Assembly (NCBI RefSeq): GCF_963921235.1 | Contig: NC_086097.1 | Coordinates: 19,904,001-19,968,000 of the forward strand | DNA: 64,000 bases | Source: Mobula hypostoma | Taxonomy: Eukaryota | Reading direction: 5' to 3' | Part shown: positions 63,140 through 64,000 of the stretch, in pieces | How the letters are laid out: each line of letters begins with the position of its first letter | How positions within the stretch are numbered: the stretch's first letter is position 1 | The notes under the pieces: model-generated | Told to the model about the DNA's origin: nothing | Seen by the model: only the letters and a program-made list of their open reading frames with translations | The model's database searches: none | Translations under genes and position numbers: made by a program

Positions 63140-64000
63140 CAGTGAAGTTGTACACAGTGTGGAGGGTAGTCTTAAGTTACAAGGTGATATCGATGTGATG
63201 GTGAAATAGACTGAGAAATTACAGGTGATGCATTTTGGGAATACTAACAAGACAAAGGCATGTACCATGAATGGCAAAGCCTTAGAGAGAATCAAGTAAC
63301 AAAGGGACTTTAGAGTACAAATCTATAAATTCTTGAATTTGGCAGAGCCGGTAGATAACACAGTTAGGAAGGCATAAGGGAGGCTGGCCTTCATTAGTTG
63401 GGGCAGTGAATATAAAAGGTATGGAAGTCATGCTCCAAATTTATAAAACATTGGTCAGACTTCAGCTGGAGTAATGCATGTGATTCCAGTCACCAAGGGA
63501 TAGGAAAGATGTGATTGCATTGCAGAAGATACAAAGGAAATTCACCAGGTTGTTGCCTGGGATGGAGCAATTTACTAATGAGGAGAAACTGGAGAGACTA
63601 AATCAGTTTTCCAAAGAGCAGGGATAATAAATTGAGGAGTAAAGACAGGGTACATTTTTGGTAAGTTTTGCTCTTATCTAAAACTAGGGGACAGAGATTT
63701 AGATAAAGGATAATAGATTATGAGCCATAATTCCTTTCACTCAGAGGACGGCAAGTACCTTGAATCCACCGCCAGAGTGTGGTGAAAGCAGAATTGCTGA
63801 CAGCATTTAAGAGAGTGTAATGAATATTTGAATCACCTAGGTATTGAAGGTTACAGACCAAGACCGTAAATGGAATTAATAAGAATTGGGTTGCCCTACA
63901 GAAGACAGCATGAACTTAATAGAGTGAATGGTCTCTTTTTCTGTCAAGATGATTTGAGGCACAGATAAACATTTATTGCATACCATGTCTCTGATGGGCT
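63140..64000 (+). mobile_element. Old CR1 LINE 3' fragment
   Basis: Decayed similarity to the other CR1 3' copies in the window. Confidence 0.7.

Overview
Eukaryotic, repeat-dominated DNA. The mix of CR1, Rex1/Babar, RTE, Penelope, V-SINE and Tc1 elements suggests a cartilaginous fish, probably a ray (inference). The only host coding exon I can recognise is the terminal exon of LIN52 on the minus strand (55800-55855, (S)REMTRGKFLNILERPKK*), which the ORF track misses. To its left lie a probable 3' UTR and about 53 kb of intergenic DNA. By vertebrate synteny this is probably the LIN52-VSX2 interval, and several TE-free islands rich in homeodomain sites look like candidate retinal enhancers. 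The main finding is a complete, TSD-flanked Gypsy LTR element (13273-15734). Its RT/RNase H/integrase core is replaced, in frame, by an intron-less segment resembling the proline-rich and coiled-coil C-terminus of SH3KBP1/CIN85. Other highlights: a non-autonomous Helitron carrying a CpG-rich minisatellite and a solo LTR; a four-level nested insertion with inverted Penelope arms; minimal hammerhead motifs in the Penelope termini; a young Nimb LINE inside a Tc1 element; and a 10 x 91-bp tandem array. Family names come from recalled motifs, not database searches. Boundaries of decayed repeats are approximate.
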